The notes under the pieces are model-generated. The model made no database searches. It worked only from the letters and a program-made list of their open reading frames with translations, and was not told the origin of the DNA. This document shows positions 19,276-28,314 of a stretch of 64,000 nt of DNA, piece by piece. The DNA comes from Bacteriovoracaceae bacterium (GTDB lineage Bacteria > Bdellovibrionota > Bacteriovoracia > Bacteriovoracales > Bacteriovoracaceae): the NCBI GenBank assembly GCA_045805035.1, contig JBJMLZ010000248.1:1333-65332 (forward strand). The letters run 5' to 3'. Numbering within the stretch: the stretch's first letter is position 1; the number at the start of each line of letters is the position of its first letter. Both the position numbers and the translations under genes were made by a program.

Positions 19276-19578
19276 ATGAAGTCCATTGTTCTCAATATCG
19301 TCATTCTATTGATCGCTTTCATGGCGCTCGATTTCGATGTTCCAGCTTCTCAAAGTGACTTCTCGAGTGATCATCAGATCGCCAAAATTCCTCAACTTGA
19401 TATCGATCCTCTGAGAAATCCGACGTCGCGTGAGAATTCTTCAAAGCTCAATTACATTGCTGAACCTTTTTTTCCGATCGTGATCCTTGCTCACTCTCTC
19501 TACGATGATCGCGACATTTCGTTTTATCTTCCCGTCTACGAACTTCATCACCAGAATCATTTCTTTCTTCTCATCTAG
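19276..19578 (+). CDS. Hypothetical protein with N-terminal hydrophobic segment
   Basis: 100-aa ORF preceded by a TACAAT -10; first gene before the SSS operon. Confidence 0.55.
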   Translation: MKSIVLNIVILLIAFMALDFDVPASQSDFSSDHQIAKIPQLDIDPLRNPTSRENSSKLNYIAEPFFPIVILAHSLYDDRDISFYLPVYELHHQNHFFLLI

Positions 19579-19625
19579 AATTTCACCGACATTGTTTTCC
19601 ACGGACTGACTCAAGGAAGAGTTGT

Positions 19626-21134
19626 ATGCACTTAAGTCCCCTGGATATAGCTGTTGTTATTGTCTATATCCTGATCATTTTTGGAATTGCGTTGAAGGCA
19701 AATGTCTTCATGAAACGTCATTCGGCAGAACACACGGAAGGCCGCAAGGGCGAAACCCGGAACGCGATCGAAAATCAGTACCTCGCCGGAAAATCTCTCA
19801 CTTTCTGGGAGACCATGCTGTCAATTATCGCGACTGAGTTTTCCGCGATGGCCTTTCTCACCATTCCCACTTATGTGTATTTTGAAAATCTGAGTTATCT
19901 TCGATTTGTCATTGGTGCGTGCATCTCCAGACTTCTGATTTCTGCTTATTTTCTGCCGAAGGTTTACGGAAAAGGTCTTACGATTTTCGAGGCACTGGGA
20001 CGCGGAATTCACGGATACACCAATATCAATCGTGAGGGTCTCGCCGGGAAAAAAACTTTCGCTTTTTTTTACGTCGTCACTAAAACTATCGGCACGAGCG
20101 TGAAGCTCCTCGGAGGTTCCCTCCTCGTGGCGGAATTCTTCGACGTGTCTGTTTTCTTTGCCATCACACTCATCGCCATCCTGACTTACCTCTACATTAT
20201 TCTTGGCGGCCTCAAAGCGGTGGTCCGAACGGACAGGATTCAGGCCTGCATATTCGTCATTGGAGGCCTTGGGGCCCACTTTGTCGTGGGAAAACTCAGC
20301 ACATATTCCTGGGGTGAACTTTTCGCATTGGGATGGCAGGCAGGAAAGTTTTCGTGGTTCGAAGGCGGTAGCGGATTTCTTTCTTTTCTCTACGGGATTA
20401 TCGCAGGAATCGTATACGATGCCGCCACACATGGAGTTGATCAGGATGTCGTGCAGAAACTTTTCGGCACGGAAGATATCAAAACTGCGCAACAGGTCCT
20501 GAGATGGTCAGCCTTTGGCTCGTTCTTTGTGAATCTCCTGTTCCTCACTCTCGGCGTGATTCTCTGGGCGTATTACACCACTCACGGCCAGGCACTGCCG
20601 GCACCAGAAAAACTTTTCTCTGATCTGATTGAGTATCACTTCCCTTCACCCCTCAAGGGACTCATGGTGGCGAGTATTCTTGCCGCCAGCATGTCGTCAC
20701 TGGACTCTGCAATCAACGCACTTTCAGCTGTGCTGTGGAATGATCTCATGAGTGTGAAGGAATCGAAGACCTACAGAATATTCATCAACATCGACAACTT
20801 TATCATCACTCTTTCCATCATCGTCGTTGCTTACTTCTTCTCTCTCGTTCCGGGCGCGATCAAGGCAGGACTTCATTTTGCTTATCTCTCTACGGGCCCG
20901 CTCCTGGCATTCTTCATGTGCCGGATGCTTCTCGCGAAGTGGATCAAAGTGAGTTATTCGCCGGTATTGGTTTTTGTGACGGTCATGTCCTGTTTCCTTG
21001 GGTTCGGAATTAATCACTTTACTTTGGGATTCAATCCTCAACTGACGATTCCGTGGGGATTGATAACGACGATAGCGTTCATCTGGATTTACTCCAAGAT
21101 CGCGGACTTCACTGCCTCAAAAAGAGAACACTGA
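19626..21134 (+). CDS. Sodium:solute symporter (SSS) family
   Basis: YLAGKSL, SIIATEFSA, GGLKAVVRTD, DQDVVQK, AASMSSLDSAINALS; about 13 hydrophobic segments. Confidence 0.9.
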   Translation: MHLSPLDIAVVIVYILIIFGIALKANVFMKRHSAEHTEGRKGETRNAIENQYLAGKSLTFWETMLSIIATEFSAMAFLTIPTYVYFENLSYLRFVIGACISRLLISAYFLPKVYGKGLTIFEALGRGIHGYTNINREGLAGKKTFAFFYVVTKTIGTSVKLLGGSLLVAEFFDVSVFFAITLIAILTYLYIILGGLKAVVRTDRIQACIFVIGGLGAHFVVGKLSTYSWGELFALGWQAGKFSWFEGGSGFLSFLYGIIAGIVYDAATHGVDQDVVQKLFGTEDIKTAQQVLRWSAFGSFFVNLLFLTLGVILWAYYTTHGQALPAPEKLFSDLIEYHFPSPLKGLMVASILAASMSSLDSAINALSAVLWNDLMSVKESKTYRIFINIDNFIITLSIIVVAYFFSLVPGAIKAGLHFAYLSTGPLLAFFMCRMLLAKWIKVSYSPVLVFVTVMSCFLGFGINHFTLGFNPQLTIPWGLITTIAFIWIYSKIADFTASKREH

Positions 21135-21135
21135 T

Positions 21136-22848
21136 ATGAAAAAACTTGTATTTCACTCTAAGTTTGATGAAATGATCCGCTCCGGAATGCGCTTCCGCGA
21201 CCAGCTGAAACTGATGTCACGTCCGGAACTGGGATTCATCAAAGCTATTGTTATCATCACACTCGGTACGAGCCTTCTGAATCTCGGTGTGCCCGTGGCA
21301 GTTCAGACGATTATCAATTCCATTGGCGTCCGGACGATGGCACAGCCACTGGTCGTATTGTGCGGAATTCTTCTTTTCATTCTTTCCTGCAGCGGTCTTC
21401 TTCAGACAATACAAACCTACACAGTAGAAATTCTCCAACGCCGTCTCTTTGTGAGATACGGCTTTGTCATTGCGGAGAAAATTACAAAGTATCAGGACCA
21501 GAAATTCCGCTCGGCAAACTCACCGGATCTCATCAATCGCTACTTTGACATCATCATCATGCAGTCTCAGATGGTGGTCTTCTTTGTAAATGGATTCGGA
21601 TTTATCATCCAGTTCATCATCGGTTTTGCCCTTCTCGCTTTCTATCATCCGTACTTTCTCGGTTTCGCGGGCTTCATGGCCCAGTTCCTCATCGCCAACT
21701 GGCTTTTCTTCGGGCCCGCCGGTGTCCGTGCAGGATCGCCGGAGGCAGATGGAAAATATGCAGTCGTCAGCTGGATTGAGGAAATGAGCCGTGTACGAAA
21801 TGTGTTCACCTCCGATCGCGGAAGAGATTTTTCGTACACCAAGATGAATTCTCTCTTCAATACCTGGCTAGAAGTGAGAAACAATTTATTTAATTTCCAG
21901 TTCAGGCAGCACATTGGGCTTCAGGTCTTCGGCGTCGTGATGAACGTGCTTCTCCTCGCACTCGGTGGAGTTCTTGTTCTTCAGGGCCAGCTTTCGGCGG
22001 GCCAGCTGGTCGCCGCTGCTCTCGTAGTGAACAGCATCATCGCAAGCCTTCCGAATCTTCAGAATTTTTATTTCAGCGTTTACAATTACAGTACGGCGCT
22101 GGATATGATCGCGCGATTCTACGATTACCCTCTGGAACCGGTTAAAGAAAAAGCAGTGATGCCGAAACATCTTCACTTCTCACTTGAAGATGTAAGGTTT
22201 GAGCCAAACTACAATTTTAATTTCTCCTTCAAGGAGGGAACGAAGGCCCTCATTCTCGTGAAAAGTTTTTCTTCTATGACTCATGTCTATGAAGCACTGA
22301 TGGGAAACAGCGATCACATTTCCGGCTCCATCAAGTTTGACGGAACTCTTTTGCAAGATCTCGATGTGAGCCAGATCAGGAATCATATCCAGATAGTGGC
22401 CCATGATCAGTTTTTCGCCGGAACCGTCAGGGAAAATCTCACGGGACTTGCCGGACGCGAGTTCACTGAGACAGAAATTCAAGACGTGCTTTACCGCACA
22501 GGACTTTTTGAAAACATTGATGCCCTTCCGGAGAAACTCGAAACGCATATTCGTCCGAATGGTTATCCGTTTACCAAGTCCCAGCTTCTCGCAATTCAGA
22601 TGGCGCGAGCTCTCCTGGTAAAACCGAAGATTTTGTTCATCACGCCGGATTATGAACAGATTTCATCCTACAAGCGCAAACTCATCTACAAAGAACTTCT
22701 GGATCAGGAGAACAAATGGACACTTTTGTTTTTCACCCAGCGTTTCTACAAGGGAAACTTTGACCGACTGGTCATGCTTGAGCGCTCAAATTTAAAAGAG
22801 CTTGTCACTGAAGCCGACCTCCTGAAGGAGATTGAAAACTATGCTTGA
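21136..22848 (+). CDS. Type I secretion-like ABC exporter (TMD + degenerate NBD)
   Basis: ABC TMD with LSAGQLVAA; NBD fold present but Walker A, signature and Walker B are non-canonical. Confidence 0.8.
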   Translation: MKKLVFHSKFDEMIRSGMRFRDQLKLMSRPELGFIKAIVIITLGTSLLNLGVPVAVQTIINSIGVRTMAQPLVVLCGILLFILSCSGLLQTIQTYTVEILQRRLFVRYGFVIAEKITKYQDQKFRSANSPDLINRYFDIIIMQSQMVVFFVNGFGFIIQFIIGFALLAFYHPYFLGFAGFMAQFLIANWLFFGPAGVRAGSPEADGKYAVVSWIEEMSRVRNVFTSDRGRDFSYTKMNSLFNTWLEVRNNLFNFQFRQHIGLQVFGVVMNVLLLALGGVLVLQGQLSAGQLVAAALVVNSIIASLPNLQNFYFSVYNYSTALDMIARFYDYPLEPVKEKAVMPKHLHFSLEDVRFEPNYNFNFSFKEGTKALILVKSFSSMTHVYEALMGNSDHISGSIKFDGTLLQDLDVSQIRNHIQIVAHDQFFAGTVRENLTGLAGREFTETEIQDVLYRTGLFENIDALPEKLETHIRPNGYPFTKSQLLAIQMARALLVKPKILFITPDYEQISSYKRKLIYKELLDQENKWTLLFFTQRFYKGNFDRLVMLERSNLKELVTEADLLKEIENYA

Positions 22849-23926
22849 TAAAACCAACGAGTATAACGCACCTCCAGAGTCCTATAAAGAAATCTACGCG
22901 GAATCGCCTCAAAAGATGCTCGAGATCCATGATCTTCCCGACGTCTCAAAAATGCTCACCCGCTTTGTGGTTATTTTCATTCTTTTCATGCTGATTTTTC
23001 TCATCGCAATTCCGTGGCAGCAAACTGCGGATGGCAGCGGAAAAGTCATGGCCTATTTGCCACAGGATCGCGTGCAGAATATTCATGCAACGGTTTCCGG
23101 CAGGATCAAGAAATGGTTTGTGCGTGAAGGATCATTTGTAAAAAAAGGTGAACCGATTCTTGAAATCATCGATATCGATCCCAACTACATGGCCCGCCTG
23201 AAAACAGAATACAATGCAGTTAAAAGTCAGTACGACGCTGCTGTCGCCGTTGTGAGTACCGCCAAGTATGATTACGATCGTCAGCAGGATCTCTTTAAGC
23301 GGGGCCTCTCTTCAAGAAAAGAAATGGAATCAGCCATCATCACTTACAAAAATGCCCAGTCTCAGGAGGCACAGGCCCTGGCAACCTGGACACAGATGCA
23401 GTCGAAATTTACAAGACAAGAATCACAACTTGTCACTGCTCCGGTCGACGGAACCATCGTGCGCCTTCAGGTCGGAACAAGCTCAGTAGTTGTGAGCCAG
23501 GGACAAGTCCTCGCCATTTTTGTTCCTAAAAGTGATCATCTCTCCGCGCAGATTTTCATTCGCGGCCGAGACCTTCCTCTGGTTTATGAAGGAAGAAAAG
23601 TGCGACTTCAATTTGAAGGATGGCCCGCGATTCAATTCTCCGGATGGCCTTCGGTGGCAGTGGGAACTTTTGGAGGTGTTGTCACTTTCGTGGATCAGAC
23701 CGCAACTCCAGACGGACTTTTCCGTGTCATCATCATTCCTGAGAAGGGCCAGAAGTGGCCTGCCTCCCGGTTCATTCGCCAGGGCACGCGTGTGAACGGA
23801 TGGATTCTTCTTAATAATGTTTCCCTTGGTTATGAGTTATGGAGACAGTTCAACGGATTTCCTCCTTCTCTTGATACTCCTCCAGACGTGAAACTCGAGC
23901 CTTCGACCCAGGACATCCCGGAGTAA
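22841..23926 (+). CDS. HlyD-family membrane fusion protein
   Basis: TM helix, lipoyl/barrel halves (VSGRIKKWFVREG; APVDGTI), coiled coil, VRLQFEGWPAIQFSGWP motif. Confidence 0.9.
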   Translation: MLDKTNEYNAPPESYKEIYAESPQKMLEIHDLPDVSKMLTRFVVIFILFMLIFLIAIPWQQTADGSGKVMAYLPQDRVQNIHATVSGRIKKWFVREGSFVKKGEPILEIIDIDPNYMARLKTEYNAVKSQYDAAVAVVSTAKYDYDRQQDLFKRGLSSRKEMESAIITYKNAQSQEAQALATWTQMQSKFTRQESQLVTAPVDGTIVRLQVGTSSVVVSQGQVLAIFVPKSDHLSAQIFIRGRDLPLVYEGRKVRLQFEGWPAIQFSGWPSVAVGTFGGVVTFVDQTATPDGLFRVIIIPEKGQKWPASRFIRQGTRVNGWILLNNVSLGYELWRQFNGFPPSLDTPPDVKLEPSTQDIPE

Positions 23927-23929
23927 ATA

Positions 23930-25321
23930 ATGAAGTATTGTTTTTTATTTTTGCTTTCTCTTCCGCTCCACGCTGCACTTTCTCCTGACATGGTTAAAGA
24001 AAGCGCACTGAAATATCATCCTACTGTCATCTCCGCACTCGAAAGAATGCGTGCTGGTGAAGAAGCGGTGAAAGGGGCGACGGGCGCATTTGATATGAAA
24101 GCGGTCTCTGATTATCGGAGACAAACCAAACATGATTACAACATTACTATTTCCCGCTCATTTCTTGTGAAACCGTTACGAATCGCCAACTCCAAAATCT
24201 ATGCGGGTGCCGAGCAGATCAGTAATCCTCTTGGTCGACTTTCACCTGTCTACAACACGGGTAACCCTGCCACGACAAACCAGGCAGGCAACTATTCTGT
24301 TCTCGGCTTTCAATTGTCTCTCTGGAAAAACCTCACGCTCGATCCGAACCGCGCTGCTTTGAAAAACGCGAAGTACGACGCGACAATGGCGAAGGCCGAA
24401 AAAAGACTCACAGAACTCGACATCGGAAGATTCGGTCAGCTCGCCTATTGGGAATGGGTGACAGCAAGAAAAGTAAAAGATGCTTATCAGGAACTTCTGA
24501 AAAACGGTGAAACGCGGAACGAATATCTCACTGCCCGCCAGAAGAGAGGAGACATCGCTCAGATTCTCGTGACTGAAAACGAGCAATATATTGCTGCCCG
24601 AAAAGGTTCACTTCAGTCAACTCTGGAACGTTTGATCCGCGCTGAATACGCTCTCTCTCTTTTTTATCGCGATCAAAAAGGTGAACCGATCGTACCTGCC
24701 CAGGAAGAAACCTTTGAAGATTATCCGGCAAAGCTCGGCGCTCTTCTGGAAAACCTTGATCTCACTTCCAATGTTGATGAACTCATCAACAAGCGTCCGG
24801 ATATGAAGAACCTTGCTCTCACCGTCGACAAGACGGAAGTGGATCTCGAACTTGCTAAGCAGGATCTGAGACCACAAGTAGACGTCACTACAGAGTACTA
24901 CAAACGAACCGTCGCAAATCCGAACATGCCTCTTGATTACCTCATGGTTCTTGCTCAGGTGAGTGTGCCCATCGAAAGGAATCTTGGTAATGGTAACATC
25001 GCAGCAGCACGTGCACGCAGGATGGTGGCCCAGAGTCAGATGGCCCTCGGACAACAAACATACAAATACGATATTCTTGCTTTGAGACAAGCGCTCAAGT
25101 TCCAGCTGGAACAAGTCACTCAATCAGAGATTGAATTCACCAAGGCCAAAGAGCTCGTGACATCTGAAACATACAAATTCCAGAAAGGCGGAGGGAACCT
25201 ATTCCTGGTGAACCTGAGAGAAGAGGCGCAGGTGAGGGCCGAAGCTTCTTTTCACGAAGCACGTCTCGCCTTCATGGATACACTACTGACCTATCAATCA
25301 CTCGTGAGTACTGGTGAATAA
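23930..25321 (+). CDS. TolC-family outer membrane efflux protein
   Basis: Signal peptide, helical repeats, RPQVDV, KFQKGGGNLFLVNLRE (TolC C-terminal motif). Confidence 0.88.
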   Translation: MKYCFLFLLSLPLHAALSPDMVKESALKYHPTVISALERMRAGEEAVKGATGAFDMKAVSDYRRQTKHDYNITISRSFLVKPLRIANSKIYAGAEQISNPLGRLSPVYNTGNPATTNQAGNYSVLGFQLSLWKNLTLDPNRAALKNAKYDATMAKAEKRLTELDIGRFGQLAYWEWVTARKVKDAYQELLKNGETRNEYLTARQKRGDIAQILVTENEQYIAARKGSLQSTLERLIRAEYALSLFYRDQKGEPIVPAQEETFEDYPAKLGALLENLDLTSNVDELINKRPDMKNLALTVDKTEVDLELAKQDLRPQVDVTTEYYKRTVANPNMPLDYLMVLAQVSVPIERNLGNGNIAAARARRMVAQSQMALGQQTYKYDILALRQALKFQLEQVTQSEIEFTKAKELVTSETYKFQKGGGNLFLVNLREEAQVRAEASFHEARLAFMDTLLTYQSLVSTGE

Positions 25322-25347
25322 AAAAGGGCCCTTTCGGGCCCTTTCTT
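25319..25347. terminator. Bidirectional intrinsic terminator
   Basis: TAAAAAAGGGCCC-TTTC-GGGCCCTTTCTT between convergent genes; first 24 bp identical to 5546-5569. Confidence 0.8.
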
Positions 25348-26469
25348 TTACTTAATTCTGTAAGATATCCACGCCCCGAGATACGCAGAACGCATGGACA
25401 GTGGAATGTCGTCGACAAAGACACCGATATACGGGAAGACGTTCAGGCGATCAGTGACGTCGCGGGTGATACCGAGGAATGTATCCTGATAAATGTCTTT
25501 GAAGGTAGAAGGCTTCTTGTCACCAATCGTGTGCCAGCGCTTATTGTTTTCGATCATGTTCTGGTAGTACCACTGGAACTTCGTCTTATCATTCAGAGTA
25601 ATCGAGATGTACGGAGCTGTGTAGAAACGCAAACGTGAAGGGTTGTAGCGATCTTCAAAGACCCACATCCTCTGCTGAGCGTTCAGACCAAACTGCAAAG
25701 TTGGGTTCACATCGTAAGTGATATAGGAAGACATTTCAGTGTTACTGGTAAGGTCACCAAAAGCAGGGTTTGTATTGTGACGGGAAAAGTGCGATGTCGG
25801 AAGACGAACACCCGGACGGAAGAACCAATTAAACTTCTTGTCCTCCGAGCTCACAATCACGCCTGAGAAAGCGATGAGAAAATCTTCAAGTCCGAGCATC
25901 GCGCGGTCTTCACCGTTCGCTCTCTGCATATCTCTCGGGCTACCCAAGTAAGTTACCCAACGTGGAATGATGTTGAACTTCATTTTCCAGCCGAAGTCAT
26001 AGCCAAAGTTCAGCTGTGACCAGAGGTTGGCGGCGTAGGTATCGCAGTTCTTCGCGCAACGACGCGTGTCTTGTTTATCGAGACGTTCATCACCAATCTG
26101 AGGTGAAAGGGCCGCGTTTTTTGAACTCCATTTTTTGAGATTCGGTGAAGTCGCCTGGCCCCAATAACTGATGGAGACGCGATCGTAGAATTTCTGGAAG
26201 TCGGTTTTCTTTTCAACCGAGTCGGTGGCGACTGGTTGTGTGGAAGTAGCAGTTGTAGTTGTCGTAGTAAGTGAGCCTGTAATTGGCTTCGCAGGTTTTG
26301 GAGCGGCAGTTGGCTTTGCAACTTTCGCAGGTTTTGCAGCAGGAGTAGTTTTTGTTTGCTTAGGCTTTGCAGCTTTTTTCGTACGAGTACGTGTACGAGT
26401 TCCTTGTGCCCATGCATTCGTACCGAGAAGTACCGTGAGGACAAAAGTTAAGACAAAAGAACTTTTCAT
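25348..26469 (-). CDS. Exported probable outer-membrane beta-barrel protein with basic/Thr-rich N-terminal linker
   Basis: Signal peptide (AWA-Q), low-complexity TRTRT/AKPA/TTTTTT tract, amphipathic strands ending AYLGAWISYRIK. Confidence 0.65.
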   Translation of the reverse strand: MKSSFVLTFVLTVLLGTNAWAQGTRTRTRTKKAAKPKQTKTTPAAKPAKVAKPTAAPKPAKPITGSLTTTTTTATSTQPVATDSVEKKTDFQKFYDRVSISYWGQATSPNLKKWSSKNAALSPQIGDERLDKQDTRRCAKNCDTYAANLWSQLNFGYDFGWKMKFNIIPRWVTYLGSPRDMQRANGEDRAMLGLEDFLIAFSGVIVSSEDKKFNWFFRPGVRLPTSHFSRHNTNPAFGDLTSNTEMSSYITYDVNPTLQFGLNAQQRMWVFEDRYNPSRLRFYTAPYISITLNDKTKFQWYYQNMIENNKRWHTIGDKKPSTFKDIYQDTFLGITRDVTDRLNVFPYIGVFVDDIPLSMRSAYLGAWISYRIK

Positions 26470-26628
26470 ACAGGCTTGGCCTTCCTTACAGACATTAAAA
26501 ATTGAAAATACCTACCGATTCTAAGCAAAGTTGCTTTGATCTTAAAGAATATTCGATTGTTCCCATAGACTTTGTTGAAAGACAATCATAAATTGTCGTG
26601 GTGCAATACTGACACCAAGGGATCATGC

Positions 26629-26877
26629 ATGAGCACTGAAAAGCAACAAATTCTTACTTCCTTCTTCGCTTCACTCGAGAAACTCGACTCGGATGCCATG
26701 ATGTCTTTGGTAGAAAAGCATCTCTCTGATGATGACGTTGAAATTTTTGTTCAGCACATCGAGCAGTTTTATGGAATTTCAGATGAAGAAGAACTGGGAA
26801 TGCTCGCGCAGCTCATGGTGACCGGGTATCTCGCGGCCAAGCACGAAGAGTCTTTGAATAAAGGGACGAAGCACTAA
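26629..26877 (+). CDS. Hypothetical acidic helical protein
   Basis: AAGGGA SD before ATG 26629. Confidence 0.65.
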   Translation: MSTEKQQILTSFFASLEKLDSDAMMSLVEKHLSDDDVEIFVQHIEQFYGISDEEELGMLAQLMVTGYLAAKHEESLNKGTKH

Positions 26878-27686
26878 GAGATCCGGCCGAGATCGTATTG
26901 AATCTGAATCCAGAAACGACGAATACAAGCGAGTTCCTGGAAGTAATACCACAACGATTCCATCGCGCCTTCATCGGCATTCTTTTTTGCGAGAATGCGG
27001 AAGAGATCAGTGATGCCACTGCCGATAATTCCCATCTCAAAAATGTCCTGAATATCATCGAGAAGAAGCTTCTCTTCTTCTTCAAACACTACGCGATTCG
27101 CTTCGTTCACGACAGAAATCGGAAGTCCACTTTTTGAGAGAAGTTCACCGAAAGCGAGAAAACTTCTGATCGCCAGCTCACGATCTCCCAGAGGACCGAG
27201 TTTCATTGTCTCTTCACCATGAGCGCTCGAAAGATTGAATGAAACCTGAAGGGACGCGGCTTTTTTTGTCATCCACCAGCTGAAGCCCGGATCAGAAAGA
27301 TTGCACATCATTTCCTCATCCACCGGGAAGCGACGATTGTTCAACTGATCGTGTATAATTTCTGCCTGGTAATGATTTTCGACGATGAAGAAACGAAGTC
27401 GCGTCTCAATGTCCTCGTTGTTGCCATCAACCAGTCTCAAGCTTGGATAATCTTCGGGGAGTTCAAGAATTTTCAGATAATCTTCGCGGATATTTCGTGA
27501 AACAAGCGTCCGGATCACGAACACCGAAGGACTTTTCTGGATGTGATAAAGAATTCCCGGCTCTTCCGGCAAACCTGGATGAACATTATTTGTCGTCGCA
27601 GGTAACTCAGGAGCAGCTTCACTCTGCTCAAAGTTCGCATGAAAGTGCTTGAAGGTTTCCGCTACCAGAAATTCGATGTCATCCAT
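26874..27686 (-). CDS. Hypothetical protein, possibly degenerate GIY-YIG/UvrC-N-like
   Basis: LPEEPGILY...VSRNIR echoes UvrC LPxxPGVY...KAKNLR; the YIG motif is absent. Confidence 0.55.
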   Translation of the reverse strand: MDDIEFLVAETFKHFHANFEQSEAAPELPATTNNVHPGLPEEPGILYHIQKSPSVFVIRTLVSRNIREDYLKILELPEDYPSLRLVDGNNEDIETRLRFFIVENHYQAEIIHDQLNNRRFPVDEEMMCNLSDPGFSWWMTKKAASLQVSFNLSSAHGEETMKLGPLGDRELAIRSFLAFGELLSKSGLPISVVNEANRVVFEEEEKLLLDDIQDIFEMGIIGSGITDLFRILAKKNADEGAMESLWYYFQELACIRRFWIQIQYDLGRIS

Positions 27687-27695
27687 GGTTCTTCC

Positions 27696-27917
27696 TTACA
27701 GAAAGTGTCTCACGATCTGGATAATAAAAATAACGATCATCGGGCTCGGGTCCAGAGGAAGATCTCTCGGCATTAAATCGCGGATCGGCTTCTGGGGAGC
27801 ATCGGCAATCTTGTGCAGAGTTCGCGCCCATTCGTGGCGCTGAAGGTCCGGCACGTAGCTCATGATCACGTCGAAGAAGATGATCAACGTGAATAGTTGC
27901 AGTATTGCATCGATCAT
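27696..27917 (-). CDS. yggT: YggT family membrane protein
   Basis: IMSYVP...IADAPQKPIRDLMP...LDPSPMIVIF. Confidence 0.85.
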   Translation of the reverse strand: MIDAILQLFTLIIFFDVIMSYVPDLQRHEWARTLHKIADAPQKPIRDLMPRDLPLDPSPMIVIFIIQIVRHFL

Positions 27918-27963
27918 TAATTTAATTGTGGGCCACGACTTCCCGAATGGGAAGAAAAAAAAT

Positions 27964-28314
27964 TCACTCGAACTTGTAATTGGCGATGGCGCTCGCAAGA
28001 CCGAAGAGAATGAGACTCACAAAATAAGCGGGACGACCGTATTTCGGAAGACGGCGGGCAACGATTGCTCCTCCGATTCCGATGATCACCCAGATCACCA
28101 TTTTGAGTTTCACCCAGAGAGGCCATTCCGCTCCGTGACCGATTCCCAGACGGGCCATGAGACCCATTCCGCCCACGAGCGTGAAAAACGTCGCAAGTCC
28201 GGTCAAAACCTTGATGTGTTTGGCGTTCACTCCGTAAAAAGAGATCGCGAGACCTGTAAACAGAACCACGATCGAGGTGAGATGAATTATTTTATAGACT
28301 GGGTAATCGATCAT
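27964..28314 (-). CDS. SirB2-like 4-TM membrane protein
   Basis: YKIIHLTSIV...LVGGMGL...WVKLKM pattern. Confidence 0.6.
   Translation of the reverse strand: MIDYPVYKIIHLTSIVVLFTGLAISFYGVNAKHIKVLTGLATFFTLVGGMGLMARLGIGHGAEWPLWVKLKMVIWVIIGIGGAIVARRLPKYGRPAYFVSLILFGLASAIANYKFE

Noticed and set aside
26496-26521. Sigma28-like TAAA-N14-ACCGAT motif; scattered sigma54-like GG..GC motifs elsewhere
   Set aside because: Spacing deviates from consensus and I cannot score them without a PWM.
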